NCBI GenBank assembly: GCA_964483625.1
Contig: CAZABB010000005.1
Location: 15,571-79,570 of the forward strand
Length of the DNA stretch: 64,000 nt
Origin: an uncultured Planctomycetia bacterium
Lineage (GTDB): Bacteria > Omnitrophota > Gorgyraeia > Duberdicusellales > 4484-171
Reading direction: 5' to 3'
A program made the translations under genes and the position numbers. The notes under the pieces were generated by a model that worked only from the letters and a program-made list of their open reading frames with translations, did no database searches and had not been told where the DNA came from. Below, piece after piece: positions 18,522 to 27,813 of the stretch (its first letter is position 1; the number at the start of each line of letters is the position of its first letter).

Positions 18522-19262
18522 ATGAAACAAGGAAAGGATATACATCGTCCGCTGTACTTGTACGGATACAATTCCGTGGCAGAAAGGCTTCGCGCGGCAC
18601 CGGAAAGCATCCGCCGTATCTATCTGCCGCGCAATGCCGGCAAACCCAGACTGAATAAAGAAATCGAACGGCTGAATATTCCTCGTACCGTCTGTGCGGC
18701 GCATACCCTGGCCCGGATGGTTTCATCGCCGCGCCGGATCGATATCATCGCCGAGGTCGAACCTTACCGTTACGTCTCAGCCGACGATATCTTGGATGAT
18801 CCGGCTCATCCGGTAATACTTTTTCTCGATGATATCCAGGATCCGGTGAACCTGGGAGCTATCCTGCGTATCTGCGCGTGTCTGGGCGGGTTTTCACTCT
18901 GTATCCCCAAGCACGGTGCTGCTTCGGTATCGGAAACCGTATTGCATATTGCCCAAGGCGCGGAAAATTACGTGAGGGTAAGCCGGGGGAATATCGCCGC
19001 GATTATCCGTCAGGCTAAAGATGCCGGGTACTGGATTGGAGGAGCCGTCCCCGGTGCGGGAGGACATATCGGGGAGAAAAAGATCGCTTTCCCTTTCGGG
19101 TTGGTACTGGGTGCCGAAGGGAAAGGAATTCGTCCCGGGGTAGAAAAACTCCTTGATTTCACAATCAGTATTCCCATGGCCGGAGTTCCGTTATCGTTAA
19201 ACGTAGCGATGGCGGCGGCGATGTTCTGTTATGAAATTAATAAACAGAGAAACAGTCGATAG
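18522..19262 (+). CDS. TrmH/SpoU family RNA 2'-O-methyltransferase (RlmB-like)
   Basis: DPVNLGAILR, VLGAEGKGI, SIPM...SLNVAMA. Confidence 0.9.
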   Translation: MKQGKDIHRPLYLYGYNSVAERLRAAPESIRRIYLPRNAGKPRLNKEIERLNIPRTVCAAHTLARMVSSPRRIDIIAEVEPYRYVSADDILDDPAHPVILFLDDIQDPVNLGAILRICACLGGFSLCIPKHGAASVSETVLHIAQGAENYVRVSRGNIAAIIRQAKDAGYWIGGAVPGAGGHIGEKKIAFPFGLVLGAEGKGIRPGVEKLLDFTISIPMAGVPLSLNVAMAAAMFCYEINKQRNSR

Positions 19263-19339
19263 TCTATGGTCTTCAGTCTCTGGTTAAGATATGAAGAAGA
19301 TATCCTATACCGGATACTATAGACCATAGACTATAAACT
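19253..19339. repeat. Inverted 7-mer arrays (TAGTCTA / TAGACTA)
   Basis: cagtcga tagtcta tggtctt cagtctc ... tataccg gatacta tagacca tagacta taaact. Confidence 0.78.
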
Positions 19340-19348
19340 TAATGTAAT

Positions 19349-19954
19349 ATGGCAAAGAGAAGAAAGCAAACCGCAAAAAACGACATGAAAGCCTTGGCGC
19401 TGTTTCTGACTGAGGCGGGATTGCTCAAACGGGTGAAACGATCGGGCTGGTGGGTTGTGGGGGTTAAAGATCCTGAAAGCGTCGCTGAACACAGTTTTCG
19501 TTGTGCCGTGCTGGGTTTTATGCTTGCCTGGGAAGAGGGCGCCGATCCCTATCAGGTTATGGTTATGACGCTGTTCGGTGATATCCATGAAGCCCGCATC
19601 GGTGATTTACATAAGATGGCTCAGATGTATTTACCTATCGCAGCCGCCGAAGAAGAAGCGTTTTCCCGGCAGATAGACCGTCTTCCGCCTAAGATCAAAA
19701 AAGAACTCATCCGTCTGCGCCGGGCCTACGTGGAGCAGAAAACTCCCGAAAGTATCATTGCCCGCGACGCCGATATTCTCGAATGTCTTCTTCAGGCAAA
19801 GGAATATGATGGACAGGGTTACCTTCAGGCAAAAAAATTCATGAAAAAAGCCCCGCGTTTCTTGAGAACACCTTCAGCGAAAGCTCTCTGGAAGACAGCT
19901 TGTAAGGCCGATCTCAGCCGGTGGTGGGAGCCTCTGGCTGAGTTTAAACGTTGA
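19349..19954 (+). CDS. HD-domain hydrolase (HDDC2/YfbR-like)
   Basis: KRSGW, ESVAEHSFR, DIHEARIGD, DADILE. Confidence 0.85.
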   Translation: MAKRRKQTAKNDMKALALFLTEAGLLKRVKRSGWWVVGVKDPESVAEHSFRCAVLGFMLAWEEGADPYQVMVMTLFGDIHEARIGDLHKMAQMYLPIAAAEEEAFSRQIDRLPPKIKKELIRLRRAYVEQKTPESIIARDADILECLLQAKEYDGQGYLQAKKFMKKAPRFLRTPSAKALWKTACKADLSRWWEPLAEFKR

Positions 19955-19956
19955 TA

Positions 19957-19989
19957 ACCCTTTGGCAACCTCGGAGGTTGCCAAAGGGT
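19957..19989. repeat. Perfect 15-bp-stem palindrome (REP-like)
   Basis: accctttggcaacct-cgg-aggttgccaaagggt; no U-tract. Confidence 0.85.
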
Positions 19990-20162
19990 AAGAAGCCTGT
20001 TGAGAACGCCGCCGGAGCGATCATTGTAATCACATTCAAAAAATCACTGTAATCATTGGCAAAGCCAATCTCAAAAAAATCCCCTTGATTTATTATTGAT
20101 TTGGTCTATAATACCATCTTTGCGGCTTGTGAATAACCTGTCAAATAAGACTTGCATTTTTA

Positions 20163-20251
20163 TACACAGATGAACACCGACAGGGAGAAACAGATAATCA
20201 CAGATTAAAATGTCTGCGGTAATCTGTTGGTAATCTGTGGTCATCTGTGTA
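20163..20251. repeat. Inverted 9-10-mer arrays (ACACAGAT / ATCTGTG) directly upstream of the fusA RBS
   Basis: tacacagatga (20163-20173) is the exact reverse complement of tcatctgtgta (20241-20251). Confidence 0.8.
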
Positions 20252-20267
20252 AGAAAGGTAATGAATT

Positions 20268-22370
20268 ATGGCTCGAAAAATCAGTCTCGATAAAGTAAGA
20301 AATATCGGCATTATGGCTCATATTGACGCCGGGAAGACCACCGTTACCGAGCGGATTCTGTTCTATACCGGCCGGTCGCATAAGATCGGAGAGGTTCACG
20401 AAGGGAAAGCCCAGATGGACTGGATGAAACAGGAACAGGAACGCGGTATTACGATTACCTCGGCGGCAACGACCTGCTACTGGGATACCCATCGGATCAA
20501 TATTATCGATACTCCCGGGCACGTCGATTTTACCGTTGAAGTGGAACGGAGCCTGAGGGTCCTTGACGGGGCGGTGGCGATTTTCTGCGCCGTGGGCGGG
20601 GTTGAGCCTCAATCGGAAAAGGTCTGGCACCAGTCCAATAAATACGAAGTGCCCAAGCTTGCGTTTGTCAATAAAATGGACCGGGTCGGGGCCGACTTCT
20701 TCGGAGTTGTGAAAAACATCGAACAAGATCTCGGCGCGAACGTTATCCCTTTGCAGATCCCTATCGGGGCCGAGGAGAATTTCCGCGGGATTATCGATCT
20801 TATGGAGATGAAAGCGTATATTTATGACGACGAGTCGCTGGGAAAAAACTATCATACCGAAGATATCCCCGCCGATTATATGGATATTGCCAAGAAGTAC
20901 CATCACGTGATGGTGGAGAAAGCCGTTGAGCTCGACGACAGCCTTATGGAAAAATACCTGGAATCGGAAGAAAACATTTCCAGGGAGGAGTTGATTAAGG
21001 CTATCCGCCAGGGAACGATTCGGAATAAAGTTGTTCCCGCCCTGTGCGGTTCGGCGTTTAAAAATAAAGGTGTCCAAAGGCTTCTGGATGCGATTAATTT
21101 CTATCTTCCTTCTCCGGTGGATCAGCCGGCAATTGAAGGGTATGACCCCGATGATCTTGAGAAAAAGATGGTAAGAAAGGCTGATGATAACGAGCCCTTT
21201 ACCGCCCTGGCGTTTAAGGTCCAGTCGGATCCGCATATGGGGAAGCTGGTGTATTTCCGGGTCTATTCCGGGTCGGTCAAAGCCGGCGAATTCATTTATA
21301 ACGCTACCAAAGGACGCAAGGAACGTATCGGGCGGATACTTCAGATGCACGCCAATGAACGGGAAAGCCGGGAAGATATTTTCGCCGGTGACATCGCCGC
21401 GGCTATCGGTCTGGAACAGACCGTAACCGGAGATACCCTTTGTCGGGAAGAATCTCCGGTGCTCCTGGAGGCGATTGAATTTCCCGCGCCGGTTATTGCC
21501 GTGAGCGTTACTCCTTCTTCACGGGCCGAACAGGAAAAACTTGCCAAAGGCCTGCACCGGCTGGCGGAGGAAGACCCTACCTTTACCGTTCATACCGATG
21601 AAGAAACAGAGGAGACCATTATTTCCGGCATGGGCGAATTGCATCTGGAGGTTATCGTCGATCGGTTAAAACATGAATTTAAGGTTGATGCCCAGGTGGG
21701 GCAGCCGCGCGTCGCGTATCGGGAGACGATTACGGCCTCGCGTGTTGAGGATTATAAATACGCCAAACAGACCGGGGGAAGAGGGCAATACGGGCACGTG
21801 GTTATCGAGATTATCCCGCAGGCTCCCGGCGAAGGATTTGAGTTTGCCAACGATATCAAAGGCGGAGCCGTTCCCCGGGAGTATATCCCGGCGATCGAAA
21901 AGGGTATCATCGGCGCGATGCGTAAGGGTATTTACGCCGGCTATCCGGTCGTCGACGTAAAGGTGAGGCTTATTGACGGGTCTTACCATGATGTTGATTC
22001 TTCCGAGATGGCGTTTAAAATTACCGCTTCCAGCGCTTTTAAGAAGGCATTTATAAAATCGATGCCGGTATTACTTGAGCCGTCGATGTCGGTTGAGGTT
22101 ACGACGCCCAAGCAGTACGTCGGGGATGTGGTCGGGCATATCTGTTCCCGCCGCGGAAAAATCTTAGGGATGGAAGTAAAAGGCATCCAGCAGGTAGTCT
22201 CGGCCCAAGTGCCGCTGTCTGAGATGTTCGGGTACGCGACGACGTTGCGTTCGTTGACCTCCGGCCGGGCAAACTATTCGATGCATTTTGAGAAATACGT
22301 CGAGGTTCCTTATGATGTCAGTGAAAAGATCTTAGAGGAACGCAAAGAATATCGCGCCAAGGTAGATTAG
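20268..22370 (+). CDS. fusA: Elongation factor G (stand-alone copy)
   Basis: [44 protein letters not shown]. Confidence 0.96.
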   Translation: MARKISLDKVRNIGIMAHIDAGKTTVTERILFYTGRSHKIGEVHEGKAQMDWMKQEQERGITITSAATTCYWDTHRINIIDTPGHVDFTVEVERSLRVLDGAVAIFCAVGGVEPQSEKVWHQSNKYEVPKLAFVNKMDRVGADFFGVVKNIEQDLGANVIPLQIPIGAEENFRGIIDLMEMKAYIYDDESLGKNYHTEDIPADYMDIAKKYHHVMVEKAVELDDSLMEKYLESEENISREELIKAIRQGTIRNKVVPALCGSAFKNKGVQRLLDAINFYLPSPVDQPAIEGYDPDDLEKKMVRKADDNEPFTALAFKVQSDPHMGKLVYFRVYSGSVKAGEFIYNATKGRKERIGRILQMHANERESREDIFAGDIAAAIGLEQTVTGDTLCREESPVLLEAIEFPAPVIAVSVTPSSRAEQEKLAKGLHRLAEEDPTFTVHTDEETEETIISGMGELHLEVIVDRLKHEFKVDAQVGQPRVAYRETITASRVEDYKYAKQTGGRGQYGHVVIEIIPQAPGEGFEFANDIKGGAVPREYIPAIEKGIIGAMRKGIYAGYPVVDVKVRLIDGSYHDVDSSEMAFKITASSAFKKAFIKSMPVLLEPSMSVEVTTPKQYVGDVVGHICSRRGKILGMEVKGIQQVVSAQVPLSEMFGYATTLRSLTSGRANYSMHFEKYVEVPYDVSEKILEERKEYRAKVD

Positions 22371-22434
22371 TTTTCCCGCACAGAAAGCCATAGATTCTTT
22401 TCATTAAATCTGCATTTCTGCTATAATCAAACCG

Positions 22435-22635
22435 ATGAAGATTATCAGCTTCATTCTTTATATCTGGCTTTTCTTTTTGATCGTCAATCTTCTCACCCGG
22501 GCGTTTCTGTGGCTGGTACAGTGGAATCTGCGCCGGCGCATGTCTTCTTCGCGAGGTTCCCGATCACGGTCTTCCCGCCGGGGGGCCGAACCTTCCGATA
22601 CGATTATTGACGCCGAATTCAAAGAAATCGAGTGA
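22435..22635 (+). CDS. Small single-pass membrane protein ending IIDAEFKEIE
   Basis: N-terminal TM; extended -10 TGcTATAAT 7 nt before ATG. Confidence 0.6.
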   Translation: MKIISFILYIWLFFLIVNLLTRAFLWLVQWNLRRRMSSSRGSRSRSSRRGAEPSDTIIDAEFKEIE

Positions 22636-22661
22636 TCCCTCGAAATGTTTTTAGCCTATAA

Positions 22662-22770
22662 TTCGGTTTGCCCGTTAGGCCCGTTCGTTCGTTTGCCCGT
22701 TCAAGGAAGGGGAAGATACTGCATTTATCATCTTTCCGCTAACCGCTCCTCGCTATACGCTCACCGCTAT
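22662..22770. repeat. 8-mer (GCCCGTT) and 7-mer (CCGCTAN) tandem arrays between convergent genes
   Basis: gtttgccc gttaggccc gttcgttc gtttgccc; ccgctaa ccgctcc tcgctat acgctca ccgctat. Confidence 0.7.
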
Positions 22771-22772
22771 TT

Positions 22773-24458
22773 TTAGGAAGAGCTCAACAGGACATCGGAT
22801 TTAGGTTTATCGATGTCATTCTGGAACAGAAAGTCTCCCCGCGCGGCCTGAGCGATATTCGTCAGATGGTCGGCCATCTTCTCCAGGTTGTTGACGAAGT
22901 CGACGTAGATCAGCGCGCATAACGGGTTGCATTTGCGTTCACACAGTCTCTGCGAATGACGGGAAAGATATTCGACCTGCAGCATATTCACTTCACCTTC
23001 CTGCTGGAGTACCCGGTCGGTGGCGTGCGTGGTATCGCCTTGCTTTACAGCTTCGATCGTGTCATTGAACATATCTTCCACTTTCGCATACAGGGTGCGC
23101 ATCTCCGCCAGCGCTTTATTGGAGAAATTGAGGTTATCGGCGTATGCTTTTTCGGTTAATTCGGCGATATTGACGGCATGGTCGGATATCCGTTCAAAAT
23201 CGTTGATCGAATGTAGAAGCGGCGGTAGCTGCGATCCCAGATTAGGCGTCAGCTGCTGGGTCGCCAACTTTGCCAGGTAGAAGGTGATGTCATGCTGGAG
23301 ATGGTCGATGGCGTTTTCCTGTGTTTGCACGTGCGGAATGGATTTTTTGTCCCGGGCAAAAAATCCGTCGACGGCGGTTTTCAGCGTCTGTTTTACCATT
23401 GCGGCCATTGCCAGAAGTTCCTTCTTGGCGCTTTCGATGGCGATTTCCGGGGTGGAGAGCAGTTTATCCTGCAGGTACTTGAATTCGGTGGATATATACA
23501 TGTCTTTACCGGGGATAATCCTTTGTATAAGACGTACGACCGGCCCCATGATTCCTAAAAATACAAAAGCGTTAAAGAGATTGAAAAACGTATGGCCGTT
23601 GGCGATGTGACGGGCAATGGTCTCTGTGGTCACCGCGCCGGGAGTGATAATATCGATGAGATGGGTAAAGGTCCCTGAATGAATCAGAATCGCGAAGTAG
23701 GTAACCCCGATGATATTGAACATACTGTGAAAGCAGGCCATACGGCGGGCTGAAATACTTCCCCCGATCGCCGCAAGCCACGCAGTGATGGTCGTCCCGA
23801 TATTATCGCCCAGAATCAGATAGAGCGCGGCGGTAAAGTCGATTAGACCGACCGAAGCCAGAGCAATGACCATTCCGATCGAGGCACTGCTTGATTGGAC
23901 GGCGACGGTGAAAAAGGTCGCCAGAAGGATACTTAAGACGGGATTGGTGCTCAGACTGACGAAAAAGTCGGTGACTGCCGGTACGTCTTTGAGCGGTTTC
24001 ATCACCCCGGACATCGTCGCCAGTCCCAGAAAGATCATACCGAAGGCGAAAATTACCTGTCCCCAGAACTGCATTTTCTTCTTGCGGGCCAGAAGCATCA
24101 TCGCTACTCCGATCCCTAAAGCGGGCAGAGCATATTTGGATATTTTAAAAGCGATAATTTGAGCGGTGATCGTGGTGCCGATGTTGGCGCCGATAACGAC
24201 ACTGGCTCCCTGCATCAGGCTGACGATGCCGGCGTTGATCAGGCCGACCAGCATAACGGTGGTGACACTGCTGGATTGAATAATACTGGTGACGATTGTA
24301 CCGAGAGCAACGCCGCGGAATCTATTCTGGGTGAGAGAACGTAAGATGCGGCGCAGTTTGGTTCCGGCCACTTTCTGCAGTCCGTCGGAGAGATATTTCA
24401 TGCCGAAGAGAAACAAACCTAATCCGCCGGCCAGCCCGAAGATGACTTCTTTTACCAT
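22773..24458 (-). CDS. Na+/phosphate cotransporter family protein with PhoU-like C-terminal domains
   Basis: GGLGLFLFGM, IQSSS, GANIGTT, GDNIGTT, ERISDHAVNIAE. Confidence 0.92.
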   Translation of the reverse strand: MVKEVIFGLAGGLGLFLFGMKYLSDGLQKVAGTKLRRILRSLTQNRFRGVALGTIVTSIIQSSSVTTVMLVGLINAGIVSLMQGASVVIGANIGTTITAQIIAFKISKYALPALGIGVAMMLLARKKKMQFWGQVIFAFGMIFLGLATMSGVMKPLKDVPAVTDFFVSLSTNPVLSILLATFFTVAVQSSSASIGMVIALASVGLIDFTAALYLILGDNIGTTITAWLAAIGGSISARRMACFHSMFNIIGVTYFAILIHSGTFTHLIDIITPGAVTTETIARHIANGHTFFNLFNAFVFLGIMGPVVRLIQRIIPGKDMYISTEFKYLQDKLLSTPEIAIESAKKELLAMAAMVKQTLKTAVDGFFARDKKSIPHVQTQENAIDHLQHDITFYLAKLATQQLTPNLGSQLPPLLHSINDFERISDHAVNIAELTEKAYADNLNFSNKALAEMRTLYAKVEDMFNDTIEAVKQGDTTHATDRVLQQEGEVNMLQVEYLSRHSQRLCERKCNPLCALIYVDFVNNLEKMADHLTNIAQAARGDFLFQNDIDKPKSDVLLSSS

Positions 24459-24645
24459 CCTGCGCACTCCTTTTTTTAAAGGTTTTTCCTATAGAGGTAT
24501 TATATATAAGGAACATTATCGTATCATATCTTATCCGGTTTGTCTAAGGACTTTTGCCGGGGTTTATTTTAAACCTTTGATTTGTCAGACGGGCGCTTTT
24601 TGTTATAATGAGCGAAACACCGAAAAAAGAAAGGATGGGCTATCA

Positions 24646-25341
24646 ATGGCACGGGCTAAAATCCTTATCGTCGAAGACGATAAGCATATCGCGAAGCTGG
24701 TAACATACAACCTGGAAAAGGCGGGGTTTGAATGCACCGTCGCGGTAAGCGGCGAAGAGGCCTTGGAATATCTCGGCAATCGGGGAGCCGATCTGGTGAT
24801 TCTGGATATCATGCTGCCGGAGATGGACGGGTTTGAAGTATGTAAAGAGATCAAACAGGATGCCGCGTTCTCCCATATCCCGATTCTGATGCTGACGGCG
24901 CGGGCGGAGGAGATCGACCGGATTATCGGTCTGGAACTTGGCGCCGATGATTATGTGGTCAAGCCGTTCAGCATGCGGGAACTTATCCTGCGGGTGAAAG
25001 CTATCTTACGGCGGGGTGTCCCCGCGTCACCTGAAGCCGAGGGGAAGGAGATATTGAAGGCGGGCAAGCTGACCGTCGATATCCCCCGGCATAAGATTCT
25101 GGTCAACCAGAAAGAGATCGTGCTGACCTCGATGGAATTCAAGCTTCTTACGACACTGCTTTCCCGCCGGGGCCGGGTGCAGTCACGCGATCAACTGCTG
25201 GAAGATGTCTGGGATATTGCGTCGGATATCACCACGCGTACGGTCGATACCCATATAAAACGATTACGGCAGAAGCTGGGAAAAACGGGGAAGATGATCG
25301 AAACGGTACGCGGTATCGGCTATCGGTTTTCTGAAGGATAA
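24646..25341 (+). CDS. phoB: OmpR-family phosphate response regulator (PhoB/PhoP)
   Basis: ILIVEDD, LDIMLP, GADDYVVKPF, RTVDTHIKRLRQKL; start moved to ATG 24646; pho context. Confidence 0.85.
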   Translation: MARAKILIVEDDKHIAKLVTYNLEKAGFECTVAVSGEEALEYLGNRGADLVILDIMLPEMDGFEVCKEIKQDAAFSHIPILMLTARAEEIDRIIGLELGADDYVVKPFSMRELILRVKAILRRGVPASPEAEGKEILKAGKLTVDIPRHKILVNQKEIVLTSMEFKLLTTLLSRRGRVQSRDQLLEDVWDIASDITTRTVDTHIKRLRQKLGKTGKMIETVRGIGYRFSEG

Positions 25342-25357
25342 CAAAGAAAGAAGCTGA

Positions 25358-27130
25358 ATGCGACTTAATCTCCATGTAAAGATAACCCTTGTGTTTGGGG
25401 TTATCCTCGCGGTCATTCTTCTGGGGATATTTTTATACCTTGACCACAGTTTGCGTCAGAATACTTATTCCCGTATTGAGGAAAATCTTCGCAAACAAAC
25501 CTTACTGGCTCAGTCATTTCTTGAGGAATATTTTTCCAAAGACTTCGGATATGACGAACTTGACGCGATTGCCGATCAGATCGGAGAAGATCTCAAACTC
25601 CGGGCGACGATTATCGGTCTCGACGGTACGGTGCTGGGTGACTCTCAGCTGGATGGTAAGGCTCTCTATGAGGTAGAGAATCATTTATACCGGCCGGAGG
25701 TGCAGGAGGCGTTATATTCCGGTATTGGCCAGAGCCGCCGGTTCAGCACAACCGTAACCGAGGAACTGCTCTATATCGCAACCGTGTTCGGTGAACCGAA
25801 ATCGGAGGGAGTGGTGCGTCTTTCCCTGCCTCTTTCGGACATTCAATTGATTTCACTGCATCTAAAAAAAATACTTTTTGTGGCATTTATCTGTGCGTTT
25901 GTCATGGCAATTGTGATCAGTTTTATCGCCCTGGTATTTGTATCGAAGCCGATTAAACAGGCGGCTGAAGCCGCCAAAAGCATCGCCGCCGGTGATTTTT
26001 CCCACCGCATCTGGGTAGCGACCAACGATGAGATCGGCGATCTGGCAAAAACGATCAACTCTATGTCCGAACAGATCCGTCTCAGGATGGAGGAGGTTAT
26101 GACCAGCACGGCGCGGCTTAAGGCGGTATTATTGAGTATGTTTGAGGGGGTGATGGTCGTCGATTCCGCCGGTACGATTCTTTTGATGAACCGTACGCTC
26201 CGGAAATTCTGGTCGCTTGAGGCTGAACCGGTGGGGAAGAAACCGCTGGAGGTAGTCCGCAATATTGAGATCCAGGAGATCACGGATGAAGTATTGCGTA
26301 ATCCCTACGGTCTGACCCGGAGAGAGATTTCGGTGATAGTAGAGGAGGAGAGGACCCTTCTGGTGTATGCGACCGGAGTCATCCGGGAAGAACGCATCGA
26401 CGGGGCGGTTCTGGTCTTCCACGATATTACCGAACTCAAGAAACTGGAACGTATCCGGCAGGACTTCGTCGCCAATGTTTCACACGAATTGCGTACCCCT
26501 ATCGCCAGTATCAAGGGCTATGCCGAGACATTGCTTGAGGGGGCATTAGAGGATACAGAGAACGCCGAAGATTTCGTAAAGATCATCTATGCCGATGCCG
26601 ACCGGCTGGCCCGGTTGATCGACGATACGCTGGATCTTTCCAAAATCGAATCAGGTAAGCTGTCCCTCGCCATACAGCCTCATAACCTCAAACTGCTCAT
26701 CCAGCGCCTTCTCGGCGGCCTCCGCCGGGAAGCCGGGAAACATTCTATTCGTATAGAAGAAAGTATACCCGATACTCTGCCGGCAGTCCTGGCTGATGCA
26801 AATCGGCTGGCGCAGGTACTTTTGAATCTGCTCGATAACGCGGTCAAATACAACCGTCCCGGCGGTACCATAACGGTTACCGCGATCAAGGAAGATGATT
26901 TCGTGCGTATCAGCGTCTCCGATACCGGTATCGGTATTCCGCCGAAAGACCTGCCGCGGCTTTTTGAACGGTTCTATCGGGTCGATAAAGCCCGTTCGCG
27001 GGAGCTGGGCGGTACCGGGCTCGGCCTCTCGATCGTCAAACATATCGTCTCGACTCACCGGGGAGAAGTTTTTGTCGAAAGCACCCCCGGTGAGGGCTCT
27101 ACCTTCTCTTTTACCATCCCCTGCGCCTGA
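25358..27130 (+). CDS. phoR: Phosphate sensor histidine kinase (HAMP-PAS-HisKA-HATPase)
   Basis: ENHLYRPEV, FVANVSHELRTP, NLLDNAVKY, RFYRVDKARSRELGGTGLGL. Confidence 0.9.
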   Translation: MRLNLHVKITLVFGVILAVILLGIFLYLDHSLRQNTYSRIEENLRKQTLLAQSFLEEYFSKDFGYDELDAIADQIGEDLKLRATIIGLDGTVLGDSQLDGKALYEVENHLYRPEVQEALYSGIGQSRRFSTTVTEELLYIATVFGEPKSEGVVRLSLPLSDIQLISLHLKKILFVAFICAFVMAIVISFIALVFVSKPIKQAAEAAKSIAAGDFSHRIWVATNDEIGDLAKTINSMSEQIRLRMEEVMTSTARLKAVLLSMFEGVMVVDSAGTILLMNRTLRKFWSLEAEPVGKKPLEVVRNIEIQEITDEVLRNPYGLTRREISVIVEEERTLLVYATGVIREERIDGAVLVFHDITELKKLERIRQDFVANVSHELRTPIASIKGYAETLLEGALEDTENAEDFVKIIYADADRLARLIDDTLDLSKIESGKLSLAIQPHNLKLLIQRLLGGLRREAGKHSIRIEESIPDTLPAVLADANRLAQVLLNLLDNAVKYNRPGGTITVTAIKEDDFVRISVSDTGIGIPPKDLPRLFERFYRVDKARSRELGGTGLGLSIVKHIVSTHRGEVFVESTPGEGSTFSFTIPCA

Positions 27131-27142
27131 TCTGGCGCCCTG

Positions 27143-27217
27143 TTTACCCTGATTTTAGCCAGAGTTCACACAGAGTTCACATTGTTGTAAATTCGCTTTC
27201 ACATGGATTTCTATAAT
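27143..27217 (+). promoter_or_regulatory. Pho-box array (six units, 11-nt period) and -10 TATAAT
   Basis: tttacc 27143, tttagc 27154, ttcaca 27165, ttcaca 27176, gtaaat 27187, ttcaca 27198; TATAAT 27212-27217. Confidence 0.75.
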
Positions 27218-27279
27218 GATATTGACATGCAAAGAAGGTATATCGCCAAGAAAAGATCAACCGCTTCACAGAGAAGATA

Positions 27280-27468
27280 ATGATGCAGGGAGTTTCCAGT
27301 TTAAATCAAGATTACGTCGCAAGTTACCTGCGGTGTCAAATCGCAACATTGACAAATCTTCTGGAGAATATCGAATTTGATCGCTATCAGGATATCGGAT
27401 ATTTCGTCGAATCGATCCGTCGGGTTGAAATCGATCTGAAACGTGTGCGATCGTTTCTTGAAAATTAG
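27280..27468 (+). CDS. Small hypothetical helical protein
   Basis: 62-aa ORF, first gene after the Pho-box promoter, amphipathic pattern. Confidence 0.5.
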   Translation: MMQGVSSLNQDYVASYLRCQIATLTNLLENIEFDRYQDIGYFVESIRRVEIDLKRVRSFLEN

Positions 27469-27494
27469 GTGATACGTTCTTGCCGAAAGGAAAT

Positions 27495-27788
27495 ATGAAA
27501 CCAAGCGCTATTCTGGAAAAACCGAAAACACAGATATGCCGGTACTTTCAAAAAGGAGTACGGAAACGGTTTTGTACGGCACAGGTCGTCCGTCTGAGAA
27601 CAATCTCGGATTCCCAGGTACACGAGTTCTGTGAACATAAACGACATCGTCAATGCCATATATTTGTGGAAATAACGAGCCGGAAGGAGGTGAGCAAGAA
27701 AGAGCAGGCGCTCGGCCAGTTATTTTGTCAAATTGCCAATACCCGATCAGTATGGAGTGATGAGGGATATGAATACGCGGAAGAATAA
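27495..27788 (+). CDS. Small Cys-rich hypothetical protein
   Basis: AAGGA before ATG 27495; CRYF...FC...FCEHKRHRQCHIF. Confidence 0.5.
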   Translation: MKPSAILEKPKTQICRYFQKGVRKRFCTAQVVRLRTISDSQVHEFCEHKRHRQCHIFVEITSRKEVSKKEQALGQLFCQIANTRSVWSDEGYEYAEE

Positions 27789-27813
27789 CAATAAGGAAGG
27801 AGGCTTAGAAACG

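Noticed and set aside
24289-24645. 119-aa N-terminal extension of the response regulator
   Set aside because: Overlaps the divergent Na/Pi gene; the receiver domain begins at ATG 24646
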